64,000 bases of DNA, from the NCBI GenBank assembly GCA_020249465.1, contig JADCFP010000026.1, positions 10,861 to 74,860 of the forward strand, in the 5' to 3' direction. Below, one piece after another: positions 8,840 through 17,354 of the stretch (its first letter is position 1; the number at the start of each line of letters is the position of its first letter). The translations under genes and the position numbers were made by a program. Below the pieces are notes generated by a model. That model was not told the DNA's origin and ran no database searches. It worked only from the letters and a program-made list of their open reading frames with translations. The stretch comes from Roseomonas sp. Its GTDB lineage: Bacteria > Pseudomonadota > Alphaproteobacteria > Acetobacterales > Acetobacteraceae.

Positions 8840-9753
8840 CACCCTAGCACCAGCATCACCCAAAAGGGCAATGTCAGGATGGAAGCGATATGCTCGGTGG
8901 TGGTGATCGCGGCCATCAGCTTGGCATCACCCCCCATGGCGCGCGCCATGACATAGGAAGTGGCCGCCGTTGGCAGCGCCATGAAAATCACCGCCGCCGC
9001 CAGTGGTAGGGGCGGCAGGCCGGCAAAGGTCCCCAAGCCATAGGTAATGGCCGGCATGCCCACCAGTTTCAAAACGCCTGTGAGTGCCTGGGTTGGCACT
9101 CGGTCGGTGAAGCTTTCCCAGGAAAGCGCCGCACCAACACACAAAAGGCCAAGCGCCACGGAGGCGCGGCCCAGGGTCTGAATGGTTGGCTTCACGCCAG
9201 GCGGAAAGCCACCAAGGGCCGCGATGGTGAAGCCCAGGATGCAGGCGATGATCAGCGGGTTCAGGATCAATTGCCGCAGGATCGTGAGTGGTTTTGGCCG
9301 GCCCCGGCTACCGTCCATGGCGAAGGCAAGTGTTGTCACGCTTTGCACAAAGGGCACGATGATGCCGGTGGCAACAGCGCCAAAGCTGATGCCCTCAGCG
9401 CCGAAAATCGCGCCCACAATCGCAAACCCCATCAGATTGTTGAAGCGAATGCCGCCCTGCAGGATAGAGGTCATGGCCGCATGCCCATGCCCCATGCTAC
9501 GCGACAGCAGCACGGAAATCAGCGTGCCGATGGCAAGCGCGCCCCAAATGGTGAAGGCCATGGCGCCGAGTGGCAGGCTCGCGGGATCAAGCGCGGCGAG
9601 GGCGGAGAGGATCAGGCTCGGCAGCAGCACCCAATAGATCAGCTTTTCCATGCCCGCCCAAACCGCATCCAGGGGCAGCAGAATGCGGCGCAGCAGTGCA
9701 CCAAGCCCCAGCAGCGCAAAGGCTGGTACAAAGGCATCAAGCCAAAGGTCCAT
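8839..9753 (-). CDS. AEC (auxin efflux carrier) family transporter
   Basis: 304-aa polytopic membrane ORF; MDLWLDAFVPAFALLGLGALLRR... is typical of AEC family permeases. Confidence 0.8.
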   Translation of the reverse strand: MDLWLDAFVPAFALLGLGALLRRILLPLDAVWAGMEKLIYWVLLPSLILSALAALDPASLPLGAMAFTIWGALAIGTLISVLLSRSMGHGHAAMTSILQGGIRFNNLMGFAIVGAIFGAEGISFGAVATGIIVPFVQSVTTLAFAMDGSRGRPKPLTILRQLILNPLIIACILGFTIAALGGFPPGVKPTIQTLGRASVALGLLCVGAALSWESFTDRVPTQALTGVLKLVGMPAITYGLGTFAGLPPLPLAAAVIFMALPTAATSYVMARAMGGDAKLMAAITTTEHIASILTLPFWVMLVLG

Positions 9754-9762
9754 ACGCGCTAT

Positions 9763-10344
9763 TCAGCCTCCGCCGCCGGGGGCGGTCCAGGGGGGCGGAT
9801 TGGGCGCGCGCGCCAGCGCTTCCAGACAGGCCGATTCGGTCAGGCGCCGGGCGCCAAAGGCCCTGGCAGCCGCATGAGTCAAAACCAGGCGCGAGGCTTC
9901 GGCGTAAAAGACCAAATCCAGCCGACAATCCGGCGCCTGATAAAGCCAGATCTCGGCATCCCCTTCGCGCCGACGCAAGGCGGGCTCCCCAAGGGCAGAG
10001 ATCACGGCTTCGGGCATTTGTCCCTGCAAGGCGCTGGCGGCGGCGGGTGGTTGGGCGCCCTGGCGGCGCGGGGCGTTGGCGCTGCTGGGCGGGGGCGGCA
10101 AGGGCGCGGGGCGTTCGGTTTGCGCGGCTTCTGGCGCAGATGGCAGACCAAGCGCCGCCAAGCTTGCCCTTGTATCGCGTAAGGCCTGTTCAAGGCCAAG
10201 CGTCGCCCCCTCGGCTTCCGATTTACGGCAAGCGGGGGTGAGCAATAGCGCCGCCACAGCCAAGCTGGCGGCGCCAAGGTGAATTGCCCGCGGCGCCACG
10301 CGGCGCTGCGGTGACGGCATTGTTGGCCTGGGCCCCTGGCGCAC
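9763..10344 (-). CDS. Hypothetical exported or membrane-anchored protein (downstream partner of bactofilin)
   Basis: 193-aa ORF starting 12 nt after the bactofilin stop. N-terminal hydrophobic segment LGAASLAVAALLLTPAC (non-canonical lipobox), Pro/Ala-rich linker, C-terminal ~70-aa domain with two Cys. No family recognised. Confidence 0.5.
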   Translation of the reverse strand: MRQGPRPTMPSPQRRVAPRAIHLGAASLAVAALLLTPACRKSEAEGATLGLEQALRDTRASLAALGLPSAPEAAQTERPAPLPPPPSSANAPRRQGAQPPAAASALQGQMPEAVISALGEPALRRREGDAEIWLYQAPDCRLDLVFYAEASRLVLTHAAARAFGARRLTESACLEALARAPNPPPWTAPGGGG

Positions 10345-10355
10345 GCGGCGCCAGA

Positions 10356-10976
10356 TCAGGAATCGCTGGACTCGGCCACGCGCACGGGCGGCGTCACGGG
10401 CATGGATGGGCTGGCCGCTGCCTCAGAGATCATTTCCATGCGGCCCGTCAGCTGCCCGCCATCTTCCACAGAAAGGCGGCGGGACCGCGCCACACCCAGC
10501 ACCCGGCCAGTGGAGCGAATAATCAGGCTGCCGGTGGCGTTCAGCGTGCCGTCAAAAACGCCGGCGATATCGGCGTCTTCCACCTGAGCCTCGCCCTTGA
10601 AGACGCCGGAATGGCTGATGGCCAATTCCTGGCACTGCAAAAGCTGGCTTTCCATGGTGCCTTCAATGACGATGCGCTCAGCCTCGGTCACACTACCCTG
10701 GATGCTGATGCCCTTGCCCAATTGCAGGACGCGCTTTTCACCCGCCTCAGCCCGGCCAGTGGGGCGGCCAGCAGTTGGTGTCGTGGGGCGTGCGGCGGGG
10801 GATGGCGCAATGGTCGGCTTGGCCGGCGTGGCGGCTGCACTCGCCACCGGTGGTACCACCGCCGCCGCAGGCCGGAAGGGCGGCACCGCCAGGTCGGGAT
10901 CGCGCGCTGTCGGCACGCTGGTGGGTTCCGGTGCTGGCGGAGTCGTGGCTTCATCCTTGCGACGGAAAAGCGACAT
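10356..10976 (-). CDS. Bactofilin (DUF583 polymer-forming cytoskeletal protein)
   Basis: 206-aa ORF. C-terminal beta-helical core ...IQGSVTEAERIVIEGTMESQLLQCQELAISHSGVFKGEAQVEDADIAGVFDGTLNATGSLIIRSTGRVLG... N-terminal MSLFRRK followed by a Pro/Ala-rich tail. Confidence 0.8.
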   Translation of the reverse strand: MSLFRRKDEATTPPAPEPTSVPTARDPDLAVPPFRPAAAVVPPVASAAATPAKPTIAPSPAARPTTPTAGRPTGRAEAGEKRVLQLGKGISIQGSVTEAERIVIEGTMESQLLQCQELAISHSGVFKGEAQVEDADIAGVFDGTLNATGSLIIRSTGRVLGVARSRRLSVEDGGQLTGRMEMISEAAASPSMPVTPPVRVAESSDS

Positions 10977-11056
10977 ATTAGCCCCCTTGGTGATTCACGT
11001 TGCTGATGGCTTCGGCTAGCATGCGACTCTGGAACGCCACAACGGGCGAAAACAGG

Positions 11057-11755
11057 TTATCCCCCGTTTTCTGGTGATGCATTCGGAAATTTATCGAAGC
11101 CGGCCAAGCCGCGGATCAGCAAATGCGCCGCCGTCGCAATGCCAATGATCGGCACCAATAAATTCACCACCGGCACCATCGCCATCAGGGCCAATACAAT
11201 GCCAAGCATCCATCCCTGCCAGCGCAGCCGCTGCCAGGCGATGCGCGAATGCGCAAGGTTCATGCGCCTGAGCGCCACTTCCCGCAGCAGCCCCGCACCA
11301 AGCCCATGCGCTGCAATCAGCAGCGCCAGCAGCGCGCCAAAAATCGGGATGAAGAACAGCGGCAAAAGCAGCATTTGCAGCGCGAGCAATTTCACCCCGA
11401 ACCAAAGCCCATGCCCCAGCTGCGCCAGCGCCGAAGCACCGGAGGGCGGTGCGAGTCCTGGGTAATGCCGCCGTTCCACCGCGCCCGCGATGCTGTCGGT
11501 AAAAAGCGAGGCAATGCCGAGTGCCACAGGCAGAAACAGCCACCAGCCCAGAAATACCCCCGCCGCCGCACCGCCCGCTTGCGTAATCCAGGAAAGCCAT
11601 TCCGGCCCGCCTGCCGCCGCCCAGCCCGCCAGCCAGGCCGCCAAACCAATCAGCCCGAGCACCGCCAAAGCCGCCCCCAGCACGCCCAGTATCAGCGGCA
11701 GACGAAAGGCAGGGTCGCCCAATTGGCGAAAGGCGAGGAAAAGCGCTTGCGGCAT
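11057..11755 (-). CDS. EI24/CysZ-family membrane protein
   Basis: ORF 11057-11767 begins with GTG. The ATG at 11755 (MPQALFLAFRQLGDPAFRLP...) has GAGGG upstream. Multi-TM protein typical of the EI24/CysZ family. Confidence 0.7.
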   Translation of the reverse strand: MPQALFLAFRQLGDPAFRLPLILGVLGAALAVLGLIGLAAWLAGWAAAGGPEWLSWITQAGGAAAGVFLGWWLFLPVALGIASLFTDSIAGAVERRHYPGLAPPSGASALAQLGHGLWFGVKLLALQMLLLPLFFIPIFGALLALLIAAHGLGAGLLREVALRRMNLAHSRIAWQRLRWQGWMLGIVLALMAMVPVVNLLVPIIGIATAAHLLIRGLAGFDKFPNASPENGG

Positions 11756-11815
11756 GGTGGACGCCACCCTCGCCCAAGGCTAATGCCGCCGCAACCTTTT
11801 CTCGGAGCCCCGCCC

Positions 11816-12826
11816 ATGACCCCCCCCAGCCTTGATATTCTTGGCATCGGCAATGCCATTGTAGATGTGCTGGCGCGCGCCGAGGACAGCTTTCTGGAAG
11901 AACACGGCATGGCCAAGGGCGGCATGGCGCTGATCGGCACCGACCAGGCCGAGGCGATTTACGCTGCCATGGGTCCCGGGATTGAAAGCAGCGGCGGGTC
12001 CGCCGCCAATACTTGTGCAGTTGCAGCAGGGCTTGGCGCCAAGGTCGGCTATCTGGGCAAGGTCGCGGATGATGGCCTCGGCCAGGTTTTCCGCCATGAC
12101 ATCACTGCCGCCGGGGTGGTGTTTCCCACGCCGCCCTTGGCTGGCGGCGCCCCCACCGCGCGCTGCCTGATCCTGGTCTCCCCCGATGGTCAGCGCACCA
12201 TGAACACTTTCCTTGGCGCCTGCGTGACCTTTGGGGAGGCCGATCTGGACCCCGCCGCCATTGCCAGCGCGCGGATTGTCTATCTGGAAGGCTATCTTTT
12301 CGACCCGCCGGCGGCCCAGGCCGCCTTCCGCGCCGCAGCGCGCATCGCCCATCAGGCCGGGCGGCAAGTGGCGATCACGCTATCCGACCCCTTCTGCGTG
12401 GGCCGCCACCGCGCTGCCTTCCGCGCCTTCATCCGCGAAGAAGCCGATATCGTCTTCGCCAATGAAGCCGAGATTTGCGCCCTTTATGAAACCGATGATT
12501 TCGACGCGGCAGCCGAGGCCGTGCGCGCCGAAGTGGCCATTGCCGCCCTGACCCGCAGTGAAAAGGGCAGCCGCATCATCGCTGGTACCGAGACCCACGA
12601 TATCCGCGCCGAGCCGACCAAGCTGGTGGACAGCACCGGTGCGGGCGATGCCTATGCTGCCGGCTTCATGGCGGCGCTGACCCGCGGCCTGGCTTTGCCC
12701 GAATGCGGCCGCTGGGGCAGCATTGCGGCGGCCGAGGTGATCTCCCATTTCGGCGCCCGGCCCCAGGCCGACCTGGCGGCCCTGGTAGGCAGCCGGCCCG
12801 GCGGGGTGGCAGCAACGCTCGGCTAG
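11816..12826 (+). CDS. PfkB-family carbohydrate kinase, adenosine kinase-like
   Basis: The track ORF 11249-12826 is over-extended, running antisense to the EI24 gene. The real start is MTPPSLDILGIGNAIVDVLARAEDSFLEEHGMAKGGM...SGGSAANT. C-terminal DSTGAGDAYAAGF motif. Confidence 0.8.
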   Translation: MTPPSLDILGIGNAIVDVLARAEDSFLEEHGMAKGGMALIGTDQAEAIYAAMGPGIESSGGSAANTCAVAAGLGAKVGYLGKVADDGLGQVFRHDITAAGVVFPTPPLAGGAPTARCLILVSPDGQRTMNTFLGACVTFGEADLDPAAIASARIVYLEGYLFDPPAAQAAFRAAARIAHQAGRQVAITLSDPFCVGRHRAAFRAFIREEADIVFANEAEICALYETDDFDAAAEAVRAEVAIAALTRSEKGSRIIAGTETHDIRAEPTKLVDSTGAGDAYAAGFMAALTRGLALPECGRWGSIAAAEVISHFGARPQADLAALVGSRPGGVAATLG

Positions 12827-12982
12827 TCTTTTTTCGCCGCGCCGCGCTTTTCCCTCGCTTTTTCCGGCGGGACAGCCTATCTCCCCGCCATAACGAAACG
12901 CCTGGATGGAAACCACCGCCCGCCCCCAAGCCTTGGGAGCCGGGATGGTGGCATTTTTGCCAGGCTCCTGCCCAGGTGTTCA

Positions 12983-14812
12983 ATGCAAATTCGTAACGTC
13001 GCCATTATCGCCCATGTTGACCACGGCAAGACCACGCTGGTGGACAAGCTGCTGAGCCAGGCCGGTGCCTTCCGCGCCAATCAGCAGGTCGCCGAACGCG
13101 CGCTTGACCGCAATGATCTGGAACGCGAACGCGGCATCACCATCCTTGCCAAATCCACCGCCGTGGAATGGAAGGGTGTGAAGATCAATATCGTGGACAC
13201 GCCTGGCCACGCCGATTTCGGCGGTGAGGTTGAGCGCATTCTGTCCATGGTGGATGGCGCCATTGTTTTGTGCGACGCCGCCGAAGGCCCTCTGCCGCAG
13301 ACCAAGTTTGTGCTCACCAAGGCGCTCGCGCGCGGGCTGAAGCCGATTGTGGTCATCAATAAGGTGGACCGCCAGGATGCCCGCCCGGATGAAGTGCATA
13401 ATGAGGTCTTCGACCTTTTCGCCGCCCTGGGCGCCAGCGATGAGCAGCTTGATTTCCACACGCTGTTTGCTTCCGGCCGGCAGGGCTGGGCGGATCTGGA
13501 ACTGAATGGCGCGCGCAAGGATTTGTCGCCGCTGTTTGACCTGATCCTGTCCCATGTGCCGGAACCGAAGGTGGACCTTGAAAAACCCTTCGCGATGAAT
13601 GCGACGATTCTGGAAAGCGACAATTTCCTTGGCCGCATCCTGACCGGGCGCGTGGAGCAGGGCATTGCGCGCGTGAATATGCCGGTGCGTGTGCTGCGCC
13701 AGGATGGTTCGGTGGTGGAAACCGGGCGGCTCACGAAGCTCATGACCTTCTCTGGCCTTGAGCGTGTGCCGGTGGATGAGGTGCGCGCGGGCGATATCAT
13801 CGCCATCGCCGGGCTTTCGGACGCGACAATCCCCGACACCATCGCCTCCCCCGAAGTGACCGAACCGCTGCCGGCGCTGCCGGTGGACCCGCCGACACTC
13901 GCCATGACCTTCCGCATCAATGACGGCCCCTTGGGCGGGCGTGAGGGCAAGAAGGTCACGTCGCGCCAGATTCGCGAAAGGCTGTTTAAGGAAACCGAAG
14001 GCAATGTCGCGATCAAGGTGAAGGTGAGCGAAGAAGTTGACGCTTTCGAAGTGGCCGGCCGTGGTGAATTACAGCTTGGTGTGTTGATCGAAACCATGCG
14101 GCGTGAAGGGTTTGAACTCACCATCGGGCGCCCGCGCGTGCTGACGCGTGACAATCCCGAAACCGGTGAGCGTGAAGAACCCTTCGAAGAAGCCTTGATT
14201 GATGTTGATGAAAGCTATTCCGGCGTGGTGGTGGAGAAGATGTCGCTCCGCAAAGGCCAGATGCAGGATATGCGGCCTTCGGGCGGCGGCAAGGTGCGCC
14301 TGACCTTCCACATCCCTTCGCGCGGCTTGATTGGCTATCACGGCGAATTCCTGACCGATACGCGCGGCACGGGCATGATGAACCGGCTATTCCTGGGCTA
14401 TCGCCCCTGGGCTGGGCCGATTGAAGGCCGACGCAATGGCTCGCTGATTTCGAATTCGGATGGTGAGGCCATTCAATACGCGCTGTTCTATTTGCAGGAA
14501 CGCGGCACCTTGTTCGTGGACCCCGGCGTGAAGGTTTATGTCGGCATGATCCTGGGCGAGCATTCGCGCGACAATGATCTGGAAGTGAACCCGATCAAGG
14601 AAAAGAAGCTGACGAACATCCGCGCCGCCGGCAAGGATGAGGCGCTGTTGCTGATCCCGCCGCGCAAGATGAGCCTCGAACAGGCTATCGCGTACATCGA
14701 AGATGATGAATTGGTTGAGGTGACGCCGGGCGCCATTCGGCTCCGCAAGCGCCATCTTGATCCGCATGAGCGCAAGCGCCATGCGCGTCGGGCGGAGAGT
14801 GAGGCGGCGTAA
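12983..14812 (+). CDS. typA: Translational GTPase TypA/BipA
   Basis: 609 aa; [38 protein letters not shown] and NKVD G-motifs. Confidence 0.95.
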   Translation: MQIRNVAIIAHVDHGKTTLVDKLLSQAGAFRANQQVAERALDRNDLERERGITILAKSTAVEWKGVKINIVDTPGHADFGGEVERILSMVDGAIVLCDAAEGPLPQTKFVLTKALARGLKPIVVINKVDRQDARPDEVHNEVFDLFAALGASDEQLDFHTLFASGRQGWADLELNGARKDLSPLFDLILSHVPEPKVDLEKPFAMNATILESDNFLGRILTGRVEQGIARVNMPVRVLRQDGSVVETGRLTKLMTFSGLERVPVDEVRAGDIIAIAGLSDATIPDTIASPEVTEPLPALPVDPPTLAMTFRINDGPLGGREGKKVTSRQIRERLFKETEGNVAIKVKVSEEVDAFEVAGRGELQLGVLIETMRREGFELTIGRPRVLTRDNPETGEREEPFEEALIDVDESYSGVVVEKMSLRKGQMQDMRPSGGGKVRLTFHIPSRGLIGYHGEFLTDTRGTGMMNRLFLGYRPWAGPIEGRRNGSLISNSDGEAIQYALFYLQERGTLFVDPGVKVYVGMILGEHSRDNDLEVNPIKEKKLTNIRAAGKDEALLLIPPRKMSLEQAIAYIEDDELVEVTPGAIRLRKRHLDPHERKRHARRAESEAA

Positions 14813-14860
14813 GCATTTTGAAGCCAAGTGGAAACACTTGGCGACTCGGAAAATGCGATC
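14813..14860 (+). repeat. REP-like two-tier palindromic element, copy B1
   Basis: GCATTTTGAAGCCAAGTGGAAACACTTGGCGACTCGGAAAATGCGATC, starting immediately after the typA stop. Confidence 0.8.
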
Positions 14861-14872
14861 TCACAAAATTCC

Positions 14873-14910
14873 GCATATTTTCAAGCCAAGTGAGCCTCTT
14901 GGCTTGAAAA
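14873..14910 (+). repeat. REP-like element, symmetric variant, copy B2
   Basis: GCATATTTTCAAGCCAAG-tgagcct-CTTGGCTTGAAAA with a perfect 13-bp stem (14878-14890 / 14898-14910). Lies 12 nt after copy B1. Confidence 0.75.
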
Positions 14911-14914
14911 CTCG

Positions 14915-15643
14915 CTAAGCCTCCCGCGTGGGATGCCCCTGCAGCATCCTGGCGAAATCATCCCAGGGGCGTGGCTTGAATATGGTATCGGTGACGAAGG
15001 CGTCCGTTATCCTGTCACACCGAAAGGCGCGGATATTGCCGCGCAATTCATCCCAGCACAGCGCATACCAGACCGGCGGATTGAGCAGCAGGAAATGAGG
15101 CTCAATCAACCGTTCCGTAATGTTGCGGTGTCGGTCCCGGTAGCGCATGCTGATAACGCGATTGAGCGCGAAAGCTTCCTTCAGGGCGTGTCCGCATTGC
15201 GTTCGGGTCTCTTCAAGGGATGCCAGCACTGCGCCAGAAGCAGCCCCACCAATCCTGATGCGTTTGCGCATCGCCGCAATCCGGCGCTGTTCGCCAGGCG
15301 CGAAACTGCCCATGACCTTGCGCCTTATCGCATCGGCATGGCTCATTTGAAGTGACGCATACAGGCTTTCGCCAATAGCGAGGCCGATCAGTAGATCAAG
15401 CGCCTCCCGGCGTGACAGGTTGATCCGCCCAATTCCCCAACCGGGTGCAATGCGCACACCGCCGCCTCGACCCCTTTCGCTTTCCACGGGAACGCCCCGT
15501 TCGCGCAGGATTTCCAAATCCCGGTGCAGCGTCCGCAGGGATACGCCGAATTCGATCGCGGCATCCCCCAAGGCGAGCGCATCCTCGTTCTTCAGCCAAG
15601 CCTCAAGCCGATCAAGGCGCGCGAGGCGGGTGGACATCGTCAT
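14915..15643 (-). CDS. YafY-family transcriptional regulator (HTH plus WYL domain)
   Basis: The track ORF 14915-15871 is over-extended. Start at 15643 gives MTMSTRLARLDRLEAWLKNEDALALGDAAIEFGVSLRTLHRDLEILRERGVPVESERGRGGGVRI. C-terminal half is WYL-like (...ISMRYRDRHRNITERLIEPHFLL...). Confidence 0.8.
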   Translation of the reverse strand: MTMSTRLARLDRLEAWLKNEDALALGDAAIEFGVSLRTLHRDLEILRERGVPVESERGRGGGVRIAPGWGIGRINLSRREALDLLIGLAIGESLYASLQMSHADAIRRKVMGSFAPGEQRRIAAMRKRIRIGGAASGAVLASLEETRTQCGHALKEAFALNRVISMRYRDRHRNITERLIEPHFLLLNPPVWYALCWDELRGNIRAFRCDRITDAFVTDTIFKPRPWDDFARMLQGHPTREA

Positions 15644-15731
15644 CCGGTCCCTATGGCCTAAAATATGCCAGAAAGCGACATAATTTTTCCGTACAAGAAA
15701 GCCACCGCGCGCAAGACGCCGGGAATGGAGG

Positions 15732-16067
15732 ATGATCGTGGAGCAGCAAGTCCTGGAATTGGTCTCATTCAAGCTCGCGCCTGGAAGCTCCGAGGCGGAG
15801 ATGCTGGCCGCATCAGGCATGTGCCAGTCGGAATTCCTGCAAAAGCAGGAAGGCTTCCTGCTGAGGCTCACGGCGCGGCGGGATGATGGGTCCTATGTTG
15901 ATGTCGTGCTTTGGGAAAGCCAAGCCCATGCTGACGCTGCGTTGGAGCATTCCCAGTCTTCAATCGCGGCAGGGCAGTTTCTTGCCCATATTCTCATGGA
16001 CACAGAAAATGCCGAACCAAAGATGGAACATTGCGCCGTGCTGCGGCGTGCCGGGCATGAAGCCTGA
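15732..16067 (+). CDS. ABM-like (ferredoxin-like alpha+beta barrel) domain protein
   Basis: 111 aa with a GGAGG SD upstream. The pattern ELVSFKL...GFLLRLTARRDDGSYVDVVLWESQAHADAA is typical of small ABM/Dabb proteins. Confidence 0.55.
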   Translation: MIVEQQVLELVSFKLAPGSSEAEMLAASGMCQSEFLQKQEGFLLRLTARRDDGSYVDVVLWESQAHADAALEHSQSSIAAGQFLAHILMDTENAEPKMEHCAVLRRAGHEA

Positions 16068-16092
16068 TTTTTCTGTCCTGGAAGAAAAAGTC

Positions 16093-16551
16093 ATGGCCGC
16101 ACCAACAATGAACGAGGTCGCGGCCATGCTGTCTGCCCGCTATGCCGATGTTTCTCTTGCCACCACCTGGGGCGAGACAGCGCTATTCTACAACCCCGGC
16201 AAGCGCCTTCCCAGGGGCATCTATTTCGCCACGCTCAAGGACCATGATGGCGCGAACGACAAGGCATCAGCGCTGCATCGGCCTGGTGTTTTTCGTCTGA
16301 GCCTTGGCCTGCCGCGGGGAGACTATATTTCGCGCTTTGGGCCAATGCCGTTGCGCCCGGGTAAAGGGGGCGTGGTCCTGGGGCCTTGGGACTTCACCGC
16401 CCTGGACCAGCTTTCGCCGCACCCAATTTATGCCTGGATGGGCTGGGTAGCAGTGCTCAACCCATCGCACAGCACATTGGCGGCACTATCGCCCTTGTTT
16501 GATGCCGCGTTCGACAAGGCGCGGCATAGTTTCCGCAGGCGCCTTGGGTGA
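16093..16551 (+). CDS. DUF6194-family protein
   Basis: The track ORF 15883-16551 is over-extended. MAAPTMNEVAAMLSARYADVSLATTWGETALFYNPGKRLPRGIYFATLKDHDGANDKASALHRPGVFRLSLGLPR matches my recollection of DUF6194. Alternative start 16057. Confidence 0.55.
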   Translation: MAAPTMNEVAAMLSARYADVSLATTWGETALFYNPGKRLPRGIYFATLKDHDGANDKASALHRPGVFRLSLGLPRGDYISRFGPMPLRPGKGGVVLGPWDFTALDQLSPHPIYAWMGWVAVLNPSHSTLAALSPLFDAAFDKARHSFRRRLG

Positions 16552-16572
16552 CGGGAATTGAACGGGGTCGCC

Positions 16573-17118
16573 CTACCGCGGCGCCCCTTCCCCAATCCGG
16601 TGCAGCAAGCGCCCACCATCGGCCAGGCCAATCACCACCAGAATCTCATCCGGGCGCGGGCCATCGCCAAGGCTCACGGTGATCGCGTCAAAATGCCCAC
16701 GCGACCAGACATCATCCTTATGCCCAAGCGGCAGGTCGAGCGCGCTGCCAGGCCCGCCCATCTTGGCCGCGGATGGAATAATGGCTGCCCCACCGCCAAT
16801 CGCTTCCCGCAAGGGCCGGCCAAGGGCTGGGTGCAGGATGGCGGCGGCATGTTCCAATTCCCCCGCCGCACCCACAATGGCACCCTTGCCATAGGAAACC
16901 GCCGGCCCGCCCAGCAGCTTCACCAATTCCGGCGCGACACGGGCGGAAAGCGCCGGTCCAAGCTCCACTAAAGGCAACAAATCCTCCACAAAACGCCCGG
17001 CATAGGGATTGCCGATCAGGATCAGCGCCACGGCGCGGATGATGGGGCGTGGTGCCGCGCGCCCGGCCTCCGCAAAACTTTCCTCACGCAGGTAAACGAG
17101 TTTGCGGATATCGGGCAT
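16573..17118 (-). CDS. Amino-acid-synthesis family protein (PF06684/DUF1185-like)
   Basis: The track ORF is over-extended. Start 17118 has GGGAGGAA upstream. MPDIRKLVYLREESFAEAGRAAPRPIIRAVALILIGNPYAGRFVEDLLPL...SYGKGAIVGAAGELEHAAAILH...LDLPLGHKDD. Confidence 0.75.
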   Translation of the reverse strand: MPDIRKLVYLREESFAEAGRAAPRPIIRAVALILIGNPYAGRFVEDLLPLVELGPALSARVAPELVKLLGGPAVSYGKGAIVGAAGELEHAAAILHPALGRPLREAIGGGAAIIPSAAKMGGPGSALDLPLGHKDDVWSRGHFDAITVSLGDGPRPDEILVVIGLADGGRLLHRIGEGAPR

Positions 17119-17228
17119 GGCGTTCCTCCCCTGCAATCTTCCAGCACCAAGCCTTGCAGTTTTGCCCCACTCTAGGAAGCCGGGGCCACCCCCTGGCAGA
17201 AAGCCGCAGCACGTTGCATCCTGCGTAA

Positions 17229-17272
17229 TTAGAGCGTCTCCGGTTCGCATCCGCTCCCCGGATACGCTCTAA
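17229..17272. other. Long inverted repeat/hairpin in a divergent promoter region
   Basis: TTAGAGCGTCTCCGG-(14 nt)-CCGGATACGCTCTAA: 15-bp arms with one mismatch. Confidence 0.6.
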
Positions 17273-17286
17273 ATGGTTTGTTTGCT

Positions 17287-17332
17287 CGCATTTTCCGAGT
17301 CGCCAAGTGAGTCCACTTGGCTTGAAAATGCT
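17287..17332 (-). repeat. REP-like two-tier palindromic element, copy C (inverted orientation)
   Basis: The reverse complement GCATTTTCAAGCCAAGTGGACTCACTTGGCGACTCGGAAAATGCGA matches copy B1 almost base for base. Confidence 0.8.
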
Positions 17333-17354
17333 CATCAACTCAGGGAATACCGCC

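Noticed and set aside
13081-14154. Long antisense or overlapping ORFs in the track. Examples: 13081-14154(-) in typA, 35935-37065(-) in lpdA, 37123-38115(-) in lipA, 52261-53163(+) in the TRAP permease, 57168-58022(-), 20953-21606(-), 9271-10182(+).
   Set aside because: All lie opposite or overlapping genes with unmistakable family motifs. Their translations are Arg/Pro/Ala/Gly-rich low-complexity strings typical of stop-codon-poor non-coding frames in high-GC DNA. No recognisable domains.
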